DNA of 64,000 nucleotides from an uncultured Thermoproteaceae archaeon (GTDB taxonomy: Archaea > Thermoproteota > Thermoprotei > Thermoproteales > Thermocladiaceae): positions 32,001 through 96,000 of the forward strand of contig CAZNTG010000003.1 of assembly GCA_964575955.1 (NCBI GenBank), read 5' to 3'. Below are positions 28,199-37,587 of this stretch, in pieces. The position numbers were made by a program, and so were the translations under genes. The notes below the pieces were generated by a model. That model saw only the letters and a program-made list of their open reading frames with translations, was not told where the DNA came from and did no database searches. The number at the start of each line of letters is the position of its first letter. Positions within the stretch are counted from its first letter, which is position 1.

Positions 28199-28714
28199 AT
28201 GCCTTCACTTAGTGTACATCTACTTATTGGTCTTGTACTACTATCTTTGTGTTATTTAAATACTAGAGATCTTTTATCGAGCATTCTATGTCTACTATGT
28301 TCTATAATACCTGATGTAGATTCTATATTTGGGATTCATAGAAGTTTTATTACACACAACTTCTTGATACCTATAATCATGTTTCTATTTTCCATACTTT
28401 TCAAAATTATAGGTAGATTTAGACTTTCTAGAGTCTTCCTATGGTCTTCTATAGGATATTTTTCACATCTAATATTTGACATATTTACAGGATATGTAGC
28501 ATTGATGTATCCAATATTTAACATCTGTATATCTTCTAGACTTATTGTTCAATATTTTGGAAGATTTAAAGTTAGCATATTCTCTAACTTATCTATACTA
28601 CCATGTTCTCTAGTTCCAAGACATGTAATTTATATGTCTGATAAAATTATGATAATAGTATTTATATTCACCTTAATAGTACTTATACTAGTACTGAAAA
28701 GTCATGTTAAATAG
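28199..28714 (+). CDS. YdjM/LexA-binding-like membrane metal-dependent hydrolase
   Basis: H..IG, SIIPDVD, HRSFITHN, GYFSHLIFD. Confidence 0.85.
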   Translation: MPSLSVHLLIGLVLLSLCYLNTRDLLSSILCLLCSIIPDVDSIFGIHRSFITHNFLIPIIMFLFSILFKIIGRFRLSRVFLWSSIGYFSHLIFDIFTGYVALMYPIFNICISSRLIVQYFGRFKVSIFSNLSILPCSLVPRHVIYMSDKIMIIVFIFTLIVLILVLKSHVK

Positions 28715-30092
28715 ATATATCACAATACTTGTTAGAGGTAAGAAAGATAGAGATGTTATTGAACATGTAGTTGATAGATATTATACTGATTGGAGAGGTT
28801 TGATAAGTATAGAGACTTTTACCGAGAGAAGTATTGATAGACTAGTTGATAGAATTAGAGAGTTGTTAAAAAACGTTAATTCTAGCGGCTATATTCTTAC
28901 AATATTAGGTAGAGATGATATAGCTAATGGTGATGTTAAAGATTTAGAATATGTATATAAGTATCCTAACATTTCCATATTAAAGGTTAGAACTTCAAAA
29001 GTTAGAAATATGAGACCTTTAGAACTTTTTGTTAATATTGAGAAATGTAAGGCAGATATTAGACTTAGAGTATCATGGTTAAGAAATACTTCAACATACG
29101 TATTAGGATATTTAAACAATTTAAGAGATGTGCATGTTAAAATTATTGAAAATATTCATCCACTATATGATGTATATCTAGTCTTTGGTAATGAAGCTAT
29201 CAGAAATATCGAACATATCATTAATAAGGATTTAGATACGAATACATTACTCATAGTTAAGAGATTACATGATGAGCATGATGTATATATTGGAGATAGA
29301 AAATTTTGTAGATTGGCGATTCCTGAAAATGATGAACCATATGTTAAATATATTAAAGATACGTTAAGTAACGTATATGTTAATCTTAAGGATGGTATTG
29401 AGCTTAGTTATAACTTCTTGAAAATTCATGAGAATATAGCTATAAATCTTATAAGAAGTGTGTTTGAGGTTAGTAATTTTGATAGAGTTGTAGTTCCTTG
29501 GAGTGGTGGTAAAGATAGTACTGCATGTCTTATACTTTCAATTAAAGCTTTAGGTAAGGATTTAGTTACTCCAATATTTGTAGATATGGGTTTAGAATTT
29601 GATTTAAATAGGATGTATGTGGAGTATGTTTCAGATCTACTACATGTAGATGTGGAGATTGGACATGTAGATCTTCTATCTGAACTCTCTAGAAGAGAAT
29701 TGCCTTCACATGAGTTTAGATGGTGTACTAAGTTGAAGATTAGAGAACTTTATAGAATTATGAAGAAGATATCTGATAAACCTCTAGTTGTTGTTGGTGA
29801 TAGAGATACAGAATCATTACTTAGACTTAAGAGAGCACCTGTTAGAAAGCATGAGTGGATTACTCAGGTTGCACCATTAAAATTTTGGAGTAGTATTATG
29901 GTTCAATATTACCTACTTCTAAACAAGGTACCTATAAATCCACTCTACATGTTAGGTTTTTACAGACTTGGATGTTATATCTGTCCTGCATATAGGATAT
30001 ATGAGCTTAATCTAGCTGAGAAAGTTCTCAAGATTGATAATTATGAGACTTTTTACAATATTTTAAAAGAACAATCTTATTTAATCTATTAA
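28704..30092 (+). CDS. Second PAPS-reductase-family (PP-loop) protein
   Basis: PWSGGKDS, RWCT..K, GDR..ES..R, GFYRLGCYICP. Confidence 0.85.
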   Translation: MLNRYITILVRGKKDRDVIEHVVDRYYTDWRGLISIETFTERSIDRLVDRIRELLKNVNSSGYILTILGRDDIANGDVKDLEYVYKYPNISILKVRTSKVRNMRPLELFVNIEKCKADIRLRVSWLRNTSTYVLGYLNNLRDVHVKIIENIHPLYDVYLVFGNEAIRNIEHIINKDLDTNTLLIVKRLHDEHDVYIGDRKFCRLAIPENDEPYVKYIKDTLSNVYVNLKDGIELSYNFLKIHENIAINLIRSVFEVSNFDRVVVPWSGGKDSTACLILSIKALGKDLVTPIFVDMGLEFDLNRMYVEYVSDLLHVDVEIGHVDLLSELSRRELPSHEFRWCTKLKIRELYRIMKKISDKPLVVVGDRDTESLLRLKRAPVRKHEWITQVAPLKFWSSIMVQYYLLLNKVPINPLYMLGFYRLGCYICPAYRIYELNLAEKVLKIDNYETFYNILKEQSYLIY

Positions 30093-30864
30093 CCTTCTCA
30101 ACTTTAATAATACCCTTCTCTTCAAGTCTCCTAACATATCTCCACAATGTTGTTCTCGGAATATCTAACAATCTATACAGCTCACTCTGTAACATACTTC
30201 CACCTCTACTTATCAACAATTCAACTATTCTCTTCTCAATATCACTAAGATCTTCATATTCTAAATCTTTTTTCTCTTCCACTTTTCTAATATCTGTTCT
30301 AAATCTATATTTTAAATATTTGAAATATAGTACTGTTAGTACAATTATTATAGTTATAATGATTATAATGTATATGTAGTTTAGAATTTCTATAGTAGAT
30401 TTATGTCTAGTATTTATATATGGAATCACTATGTAGTGTATTTCATATATATGATCTGGACTTAATATAGCACATGTAGTATTTATAAATTCTATATATT
30501 TAATGTCTTCCAAGTTTGGTATTAGTAGTATATTATTACTCCATCTCAATATTGCGTATTTATATATTTTTGATAGATCTATGTCTAGTATAAACGTTGA
30601 ATTTTTAATGTTAGGATATGCTACATATTCTATCTCTATATTTCTACATGTTGTTGGATTTACTATACTTATAGTATTGTTATAGTATTTGAATGGTATT
30701 GGAGTATTATTACATTTTTCAAGTACTAGTATTGTACTTTGTAGAGGTTTTATTGGTAATGTAGTGTTTATGTATGATAGTTCTGGTATTTGCATATTTA
30801 TGCTTACTATTGCTGTTCCTCCAAGAGTTATGTTTATGATTAATATTGCTATTATCAATACCAC
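30028..30864 (-). CDS. Membrane-anchored protein with C-terminal winged HTH (one-component regulator-like)
   Basis: Signal peptide, N-x-T-rich ectodomain, TM, then LSDIEKRIVELL...QSEL...PRTTLWRYVRRLEEKGII. Confidence 0.8.
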   Translation of the reverse strand: MVLIIAILIINITLGGTAIVSINMQIPELSYINTTLPIKPLQSTILVLEKCNNTPIPFKYYNNTISIVNPTTCRNIEIEYVAYPNIKNSTFILDIDLSKIYKYAILRWSNNILLIPNLEDIKYIEFINTTCAILSPDHIYEIHYIVIPYINTRHKSTIEILNYIYIIIIITIIIVLTVLYFKYLKYRFRTDIRKVEEKKDLEYEDLSDIEKRIVELLISRGGSMLQSELYRLLDIPRTTLWRYVRRLEEKGIIKVEKVNRLNKIVLLKYCKKSHNYQS

Positions 30865-30922
30865 ACTTAGCTACTTGTCTTGACGTACTACTTTATATAT
30901 TCGATTTTCAATCTTTTAAGAG

Positions 30923-31645
30923 ATGGGTACTGTATACATAATTGGTGCTGGTCCTGGAGATCCTGAGCTTATTACTTTAAAAGGTTTGAAGAGATTGAAA
31001 GATTCTGACATTGTTCTCTATGATAGACTTGTTAATCGTGATATTTTGAAGTTTGCTAAGAGAGGTGCAAAGTTGATATATGTTGGTAAAGAACCTGGTA
31101 GACATGAGTATTCTCAAGATGATATTATAAACATGATGATAGAATATGCGAAAGAGGGGTATAATGTTGCTAGACTTCATGGTGGTGATCCATTTCTATT
31201 TGGTAGAGGTTTTGAAGAGATACTCAAACTTAGAGAGGAAGGTATTAGGTATGAGATAATTCCAGGAGTATCATCAATATATGCAGTACCTGAATACTTC
31301 GAAATTCCACTAGTATTAAGAGGCTATGCTAGCAGTTTTGCAGTTGCTACAGGAATGGAAGATCCTAAGAAAGGTAGAAAATTTGTAGATTTCAGAAAAA
31401 TTTCAAATAGTGTAGATACAATAGTGATAGTTATGGGTGCTAAAAATATTAAAAATATAGTTAAAGAATTAGTAGAAGGTGGTAAAGATTTAGAAACACC
31501 AATAGCAATACTTAGAGCATATATAGGTGAAGAATTGAAAATAATAACAACATTAAAAGAAATATTAACAAAAGATATAAATGTAGAACCTCCAGTAGTA
31601 ATAGTTGTAGGAGATGTATTGAGAGTAATTAATAAATTACGATAA
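30923..31645 (+). CDS. cobA: Uroporphyrinogen-III C-methyltransferase
   Basis: IGAGPGDPELITLKG, YDRLV, ARL.GGDPFLFGRG.EE, IPGVSS. Confidence 0.95.
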   Translation: MGTVYIIGAGPGDPELITLKGLKRLKDSDIVLYDRLVNRDILKFAKRGAKLIYVGKEPGRHEYSQDDIINMMIEYAKEGYNVARLHGGDPFLFGRGFEEILKLREEGIRYEIIPGVSSIYAVPEYFEIPLVLRGYASSFAVATGMEDPKKGRKFVDFRKISNSVDTIVIVMGAKNIKNIVKELVEGGKDLETPIAILRAYIGEELKIITTLKEILTKDINVEPPVVIVVGDVLRVINKLR

Positions 31646-33121
31646 TGGATAGATATCAATATTACCTACTGTTCCTATGATGTATCCTGTCAGAACTTCG
31701 CCGTTGATAACATGTATTTGATATGAAATACCAATGCCTAGATTATATGATGGATACAGCGTTTTCCAAAGTTGTATTATTTCAGAGAGGTCTGTTGTTA
31801 AGTTAGCTACGGGTACAACTACATAGTTGATATACCATGTCGGATAAACTTCTCCATATATGTATATTAAGGTTGTCTCATTCTTAAAAACAACTACTTG
31901 TTGACCTTGGTATACATAGTATATCTCGAATACTACCGAGACGTTTACATATATGTACGATGGTAAATTAAGGAGTAAAGAGAGTAGAGATGGATAAACG
32001 AATAGTATTAAATAAGAAGAACCATTAACAAAAGGTATAATATAGCTTAGCTCAAGTTTGTCTATTCCGGAGGTATTGAAGAGTATATCAACTTCGCCGT
32101 CCGTGAATAGAGACCCAGAACATTCAAACGAATTTCCTGAAAGTGTACAACTTGAAAAACCTGTGTATGCTACTGATGCTATGCTGTTTAACTGAAGTGC
32201 TTTAACCAACTCTATAGTGACGTTCCTTTCAAGTCTATTCTTAATACTTGAGTAAGAGTAGATATCTGTTCTATTAATGCAGATTCTCATGAGTCTAAAT
32301 ACATTGCAATTCAATAATTCGTAAAATATATACTTCCCGTACATAGGTAGTAATCCTTCGTATGATATGTTTGTTAAATTACAATAATTTTCGCCTGAGT
32401 ACGTCTGTACTATCGATGTATTGATAAAGTAATATTTCTCGTATCTTCCGTTGTATTTTGTTTCATTATAATTAGTGTAGGTTAGATAGTATAGATATGT
32501 ACTATTATCTTCTAGGTATCTCAATATTGGTACATAATTTATACTTACATAATATACATCATACATTTCTCTGTATTTCTTTATGATGTCTTCGATATTT
32601 TCAGTAGTTTCTCTATAAAGGTATGAGGTTATTGATAGTATTAGTGTATATTGAGTGTAGTTAGGTTCAGTCGCGTTCTCAACATTTAGCGCTATATAGT
32701 TCTCTATATTGCTTGTATTCAAATATATAATGTACTTTCTAGATATACCATCTCTATACACTAACGTCAATATTAGAGAACTATTAGCTACACATGGAAT
32801 TATAATTGTATCGTTTGTGTAGTTTATTACTACATTCACGATTTTTCTAATATCCTTGCCTGTTATGGTAATGTTAGTACAGTCGGCTATTCCTGTTGTT
32901 ACATCTTCCATATTTCTTGATGTTGTTATGTATGTCTTTCCGAATTTTATTGTTAAGTTTTTTAATATCAATTTGTGTGGTATTATATCTATGCTTTGTA
33001 GTTTATTTTCTATACTTTTTCTGTAGTATGTGTATATCGTGTATAGTGATACTAGTAGTACTATTGCTAGTACTAGTATGAATATTCCAATTATGAGACT
33101 AAATTGTCCTCTATTATTCAT
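31637..33121 (-). CDS. Large surface glycoprotein with class III (pilin/archaellin-type) signal peptide
   Basis: MNNRG/QFSLIIGIFILVLAIVLLVSL; many N-x-S/T sequons; Tyr/Asn/Thr-rich. Confidence 0.65.
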   Translation of the reverse strand: MNNRGQFSLIIGIFILVLAIVLLVSLYTIYTYYRKSIENKLQSIDIIPHKLILKNLTIKFGKTYITTSRNMEDVTTGIADCTNITITGKDIRKIVNVVINYTNDTIIIPCVANSSLILTLVYRDGISRKYIIYLNTSNIENYIALNVENATEPNYTQYTLILSITSYLYRETTENIEDIIKKYREMYDVYYVSINYVPILRYLEDNSTYLYYLTYTNYNETKYNGRYEKYYFINTSIVQTYSGENYCNLTNISYEGLLPMYGKYIFYELLNCNVFRLMRICINRTDIYSYSSIKNRLERNVTIELVKALQLNSIASVAYTGFSSCTLSGNSFECSGSLFTDGEVDILFNTSGIDKLELSYIIPFVNGSSYLILFVYPSLLSLLLNLPSYIYVNVSVVFEIYYVYQGQQVVVFKNETTLIYIYGEVYPTWYINYVVVPVANLTTDLSEIIQLWKTLYPSYNLGIGISYQIHVINGEVLTGYIIGTVGNIDIYPLS

Positions 33122-33181
33122 GTATATATCGTTAGTATATGTTGTGAGTGTTCAATTAAGTTTAGCTTCTCTATCTAGTAT

Positions 33182-33946
33182 ATGCATGGGGTTGCTTATG
33201 TTCGTGTGAGTACTGAAGATCAAGATCTAGATACTCAAATTCATGCTATTGAAGATTGGGCTTGTAAGAATGGTGTTAGTATTGTTAGGTGGTATTTTGA
33301 TCATGGTGTTAGTGGTGTTGTACCACTTATCGAACGTCCAGGTTTTAGAAGTTTGGTAGCTGAGATTGATAGTCTTAATCCTAGACCTAGCATATTGCTT
33401 GTGTACGATATTTCACGTATTGCTAGAAGTTTAAGAGAGCTTATACTTGCGTGGGATTTTATTGAAAATAAGCTTAATCTTGTACTAATACCTGTACGTG
33501 ATGTACATATGTTTAAACTTCCTGTAGAGTATAGAAATGTTCTTAGAGTTCTTCTTGCAACATTTGCAGAAATTGAACGTGAGCTTATTAGAAGAAGAAC
33601 TAGAGATGCTATGAAGAGATTGAAGAAGGAGGGTAAGATTGTCAATATTGTTGAGAGACTTGCTAAATCAAATCCTGAAGTTTTAGAGATGATTTGTAGA
33701 GATTTTGAGAGTGGTATTCCTAAGTATAGGATTTCTAAGAAGTTTAAATTAACAATGTATGCTGTTGAGAGAATTTTGAGAGAGTATTGTGGTTATAGTA
33801 ATGATGAGAGAATATGTCCGAGATGTATGCATTTTATGAATATTGAGAAGAGAGATGTAAATATTGAGGATGGTAGAGTAATAATCAGAATAGTTTACTA
33901 CTGTAAGAAGTGTGGTTATGTTAGAGAGGTTGTTAGAGGTGAATAA
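33182..33946 (+). CDS. Small serine recombinase (resolvase/invertase) with C-terminal HTH and Zn ribbon
   Basis: AYVRVSTEDQ catalytic Ser, D.GVSG...RPG, SRIARS, FAEIERELIRRRT, CPRC...CKKC. Confidence 0.92.
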   Translation: MHGVAYVRVSTEDQDLDTQIHAIEDWACKNGVSIVRWYFDHGVSGVVPLIERPGFRSLVAEIDSLNPRPSILLVYDISRIARSLRELILAWDFIENKLNLVLIPVRDVHMFKLPVEYRNVLRVLLATFAEIERELIRRRTRDAMKRLKKEGKIVNIVERLAKSNPEVLEMICRDFESGIPKYRISKKFKLTMYAVERILREYCGYSNDERICPRCMHFMNIEKRDVNIEDGRVIIRIVYYCKKCGYVREVVRGE

Positions 33947-33993
33947 TATCGCTATTTCATTCCTAGGGTATTTATATCCTATGAGTCTGAGCT

Positions 33994-35112
33994 ATGAATG
34001 TGGAGATTAATGTGAAAGTGTTAAGAGAGACTGGAGAGATATTGGTAGAGCATTTAGAAGAGCCTTATGATTTAAAGATTTTTCAAGATGTTGATAAAGC
34101 TATACAATATCTTAAAGATGTTATTAGTAGAGCATTGAATTCATCGGAAGAACAACATTCACAATGTCTAGATAGTGATAATTCCTGTATTGTGAAGACT
34201 TGGTATATAAGATTTCCACCTGAGAGAATATTAAATATCTTAAGATTTGCATATCAGACAAAGATTGACGATGTTAAGAAGCTTCTAGATGAATATCTAA
34301 CAGTTGCAGGATTGAGTAAGTCTAATGCTAGAGTTATAACACCAACACTATCAGCATTAAGACTATCACTAGGTAATAAACTTACAGATATAGCATTGTC
34401 AGTTGGCAAATACTTGACAGAGAATATGATTGATAAAGCTGCAGATATACTATTTGAACAATCATTACTAAACTGCGTCTTGAGAGAGATATTTTCTGAA
34501 CTATACTCTACAGATACAAACACATTTCAAGAGTGTGTTAAGAAGATTCTCGAAAAGAAGGGATATTTGAGAAAGGATGAGCTTAACTATACTACAGACT
34601 TCATAAAATTTCTATATAGGAATAGTGTTAAATGTAGATGTTACGTTGTTAAAAATCTCTTTAAAAATTATCTATATGAGAAGAAGAGAGTTTATATAAA
34701 CTACATACCGAATGAGTGTCTTGTAGATATTGCAGAGATGCTTATTGAATACATAAAGATGTATAAGCCATACATACTTCAATCATTGATAGATCCTGTA
34801 AATTCTAGAGTTGATAGAGTTGAAATATATAGGAAAGATAGTATGCTCATAATATATGATAAGCATTGTGAAACATCTATTCAGGTAGTTCCTAAGGTTA
34901 TGATAACTAGAGATGTACTATATGCATCATTCTTAAGACAGGAGCTTGAGAAGATTAGAAGAGAATTGCAACAGAGATGTAGACAGAGTAAAGTTACATT
35001 CTTAATAACAATTTTAATACTTGTAAATGATGTATATACTAAAGCTAAACTTTACTTAGAACATGTTCTTAAAGATGAGCAAATATCGTCAAGAATAATA
35101 GACTTACCATAG
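33994..35112 (+). CDS. Hypothetical protein, possible central winged-helix domain
   Basis: AGLSKSNARVITPTLSALRL....LTDIA pattern; otherwise unrecognised. Confidence 0.55.
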   Translation: MNVEINVKVLRETGEILVEHLEEPYDLKIFQDVDKAIQYLKDVISRALNSSEEQHSQCLDSDNSCIVKTWYIRFPPERILNILRFAYQTKIDDVKKLLDEYLTVAGLSKSNARVITPTLSALRLSLGNKLTDIALSVGKYLTENMIDKAADILFEQSLLNCVLREIFSELYSTDTNTFQECVKKILEKKGYLRKDELNYTTDFIKFLYRNSVKCRCYVVKNLFKNYLYEKKRVYINYIPNECLVDIAEMLIEYIKMYKPYILQSLIDPVNSRVDRVEIYRKDSMLIIYDKHCETSIQVVPKVMITRDVLYASFLRQELEKIRRELQQRCRQSKVTFLITILILVNDVYTKAKLYLEHVLKDEQISSRIIDLP

Positions 35113-35125
35113 TTTAACTATTTGA

Positions 35126-35836
35126 ATGTGTAGTATTGATAAGATTGAGAAAATTCCAAAACATATAGCTTTAACATTTCCAAGAACGTATTCTAGAGTA
35201 TTGTCTCAATGTAGTTTTTATAGAAATCCTATGAATAGGAGGTTATTGATATTTACATTAATTTCAGATATTTTGAAGATTATAACATACATTGTTGAGC
35301 ATGGTGTTGAGATTATTACAGTAGACTTCTTACCTAGAGATGTTATAGGTAAGTTAGGTATAGATTTGACATATGTTGAAAATATCTTGACAAGAGTTCT
35401 ATATAGGCTTAATAATGTTAATTCACAGATCGTTATTTTGGAGGATAGTTATACTGTTAGAAGAATATTTTTTGAACCTAGAGAAGGTTTTGTTAAGCTT
35501 AATATTGTTGTTGGTTATGATAGGGTGTTAGAGGTTGAGAGATCTATAGTGTTGCTGACTTTGAAGATTGGTGAGAAGATTTATGAGCATGGTGGTAAGG
35601 TTGATCTTTTAGATATTTATAATCTTTCTAGAGATTTTAGAGAATCTCTCATTATTCAGGAAGATCCTGACCTTATGATAGTTTTTGGTGATAAGATTTT
35701 TCCAAACTTCATACCTTTCAATCTTGCTTATAGTGAGCTTGTGTTTATTGATAAGGAGATTACACAGGTAGATAGGAAGGATATTGAGTACGCAATTTTA
35801 GAATATTCTAAGAGGTGTAGAAGATTTGGAAGATAA
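35126..35836 (+). CDS. cis-prenyltransferase (UppS)-fold protein lacking the catalytic motif, Nus1/NgBR-like
   Basis: IPKHIA followed by LTFPR instead of IIMDGNRR; DPDLMIVFG, NFIPF..AYSELVF, terminal RRFGR. Confidence 0.75.
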   Translation: MCSIDKIEKIPKHIALTFPRTYSRVLSQCSFYRNPMNRRLLIFTLISDILKIITYIVEHGVEIITVDFLPRDVIGKLGIDLTYVENILTRVLYRLNNVNSQIVILEDSYTVRRIFFEPREGFVKLNIVVGYDRVLEVERSIVLLTLKIGEKIYEHGGKVDLLDIYNLSRDFRESLIIQEDPDLMIVFGDKIFPNFIPFNLAYSELVFIDKEITQVDRKDIEYAILEYSKRCRRFGR

Positions 35837-35869
35837 ATAATATATTTCTCGACATGTGAGACGTATAGT

Positions 35870-36199
35870 ATGTCTAGTCTTGGTTGTCATGTTGTTATCT
35901 TGGTAACAGTTCCAGATTTTGATACTGGTGTTAAGATTGGTAGAGCGTTAGTTGAGTCTAGACTTGTAGCATGTGTCAATATTGTTAGAGATGTTAAGAG
36001 TATATTCTTTTGGGAAGGTAAGGTTGATGAGGCAGTTGAGGCTCTTCTCATAATTAAGTCTAGACTTGACATGCTTGATAAGATTATTGAGAAGATTCGT
36101 CAACTTCATCCATATCAAGTTCCTGAGATTATTGCTATACCTATAGTTTATGGTTTTGAAAAATATTTGAGATGGATTGATGAGTCGATACAACATTAA
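35870..36199 (+). CDS. cutA: Divalent-cation tolerance protein CutA
   Basis: LVESRLVACVNI, SIFFWEGK, LHPYQVPEII. Confidence 0.95.
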   Translation: MSSLGCHVVILVTVPDFDTGVKIGRALVESRLVACVNIVRDVKSIFFWEGKVDEAVEALLIIKSRLDMLDKIIEKIRQLHPYQVPEIIAIPIVYGFEKYLRWIDESIQH

Positions 36200-36223
36200 A
36201 TATTTGTAGTGTAGATCTACGTA

Positions 36224-37474
36224 ATGGCTAGATGTCTATTCATACTTCTAGATGGTGGTGCTGATAGACCTGTAAGACAGTACTACTACAAGACTCCTCT
36301 TGAAGTTGCTAGAAAACCCATGATTGATAGGTTAGCTGCTGAAGGTATGTGTGGAATAATGTATACAATATCTCCAGGTATTAGACCAGGCTCAGATACT
36401 GCACATCTAGCATTATTTGGCTATGATCCATATAGGTATTACAAGGGTAGAGGACCTTTTGAAGCTGCTGGTCTAGGTATGGATATTAGACCTGGAGATG
36501 TTGCTTTTAGAACAAATTTAGGAACTGTTGATGAGAATGGTATTGTTGTCGATAGGAGAGCTGGTAGATATTTTACTGAGGATGAGGTTAGAGAAATTGA
36601 GAGTATTGTAAGTGAGGTCTGTAATCAAATATCTAAGATGTTTAATGTAGAGATATTCTATAAACATGGAACAGAGCATAGAGGTGCACTAGTACTTAGA
36701 GGTGATGTTAGTCCTAAAGTATCTGACAATGATCCACATAAAGTTGGGCTACCAGTACAGCCATTTAAACCTCTTGAGGATGATGATAAGGCTAGGAGAA
36801 CTGCAGAAATTCTTAATACATTTGTAAAGATATTATCTGAAAAGCTTTCAAAAGCTAGTTTTAATGAGAAGAGGAGAAGAGAAGGTAGACCAATAGCGAA
36901 CATAATGTTAATTCGTGGTGGTGGTATATTACCGACAGATATAGAGCCGATATATAGGAGGTATAGGATAAGACCTGCAATGGTTGCAGGTATAGCACTT
37001 ATAAAAGGTATAGGTAAAGTACTAGGTTTCGATGTTATAGATGTACCAAACTACACAGGATCAAGAACAGACGACTTTAATAGAGCTATGGAGGAAGCTG
37101 TAAGAAAATTATCAACATACGACTTCGTATTTCTACATGTAAAACCAACAGACGCAGCAGGACATGACGGAGACTTTCAAGGTAAGGTAGACATAATAGA
37201 ACGTGTAGATAAGGCATTGAAATATGTTATAGATAAAATACCAAAAGACACATACATAGTAATAACATGCGACCACGCAACACCAATAACATTCAAAGAC
37301 CATACAGGAGACCCAGTACCCTTCCTAATACATGGACCAGACATATTGACAGACGACGTAGCAAAATTTACAGAGAGACAAGCATGTAAAGGAGCATTAG
37401 GAACAATAAGAGGAATAGACGTAATGAATATAATAGGAAACTACATGGGAATACTAGAAAAATTTGGAGAATGA
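36224..37474 (+). CDS. apgM: 2,3-bisphosphoglycerate-independent phosphoglycerate mutase
   Basis: LDGGADRP, PGSDTAHLALFGYDP, GRGPFEAAG, HVK.TD.AGHDG, TCDHATP, HTGDPVP. Confidence 0.96.
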   Translation: MARCLFILLDGGADRPVRQYYYKTPLEVARKPMIDRLAAEGMCGIMYTISPGIRPGSDTAHLALFGYDPYRYYKGRGPFEAAGLGMDIRPGDVAFRTNLGTVDENGIVVDRRAGRYFTEDEVREIESIVSEVCNQISKMFNVEIFYKHGTEHRGALVLRGDVSPKVSDNDPHKVGLPVQPFKPLEDDDKARRTAEILNTFVKILSEKLSKASFNEKRRREGRPIANIMLIRGGGILPTDIEPIYRRYRIRPAMVAGIALIKGIGKVLGFDVIDVPNYTGSRTDDFNRAMEEAVRKLSTYDFVFLHVKPTDAAGHDGDFQGKVDIIERVDKALKYVIDKIPKDTYIVITCDHATPITFKDHTGDPVPFLIHGPDILTDDVAKFTERQACKGALGTIRGIDVMNIIGNYMGILEKFGE

Positions 37475-37519
37475 TGAACCCGAAGTTAGCAGAATAGTGA
37501 AGAGAAAGCCGAGTACTGA
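37471..37519 (+). ncRNA. C/D-box methylation guide sRNA overlapping the apgM stop codon
   Basis: C ATGATGA, D' CAGA, C' GTGAAGA, D CTGA; guides CCCGAAGTTA and GCCGAGT complement neighbouring conserved 23S motifs TAACTTCGGG and ACTCGGC. Confidence 0.88.
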
Positions 37520-37587
37520 CAAAATAGACTCTCCTAATTTAGTACTACTACGTAATATTTAAATATAGTTAAACGAAATATATAAAT

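Noticed and set aside
33182-33946. IS607/IS200-605 transposon
   Set aside because: No N-terminal HTH, no tnpB, no recognisable ends
27966-35112. Integrated element using tRNA-Pro as attachment site
   Set aside because: No duplicated tRNA fragment or tyrosine integrase seen; flanking genes look host-like
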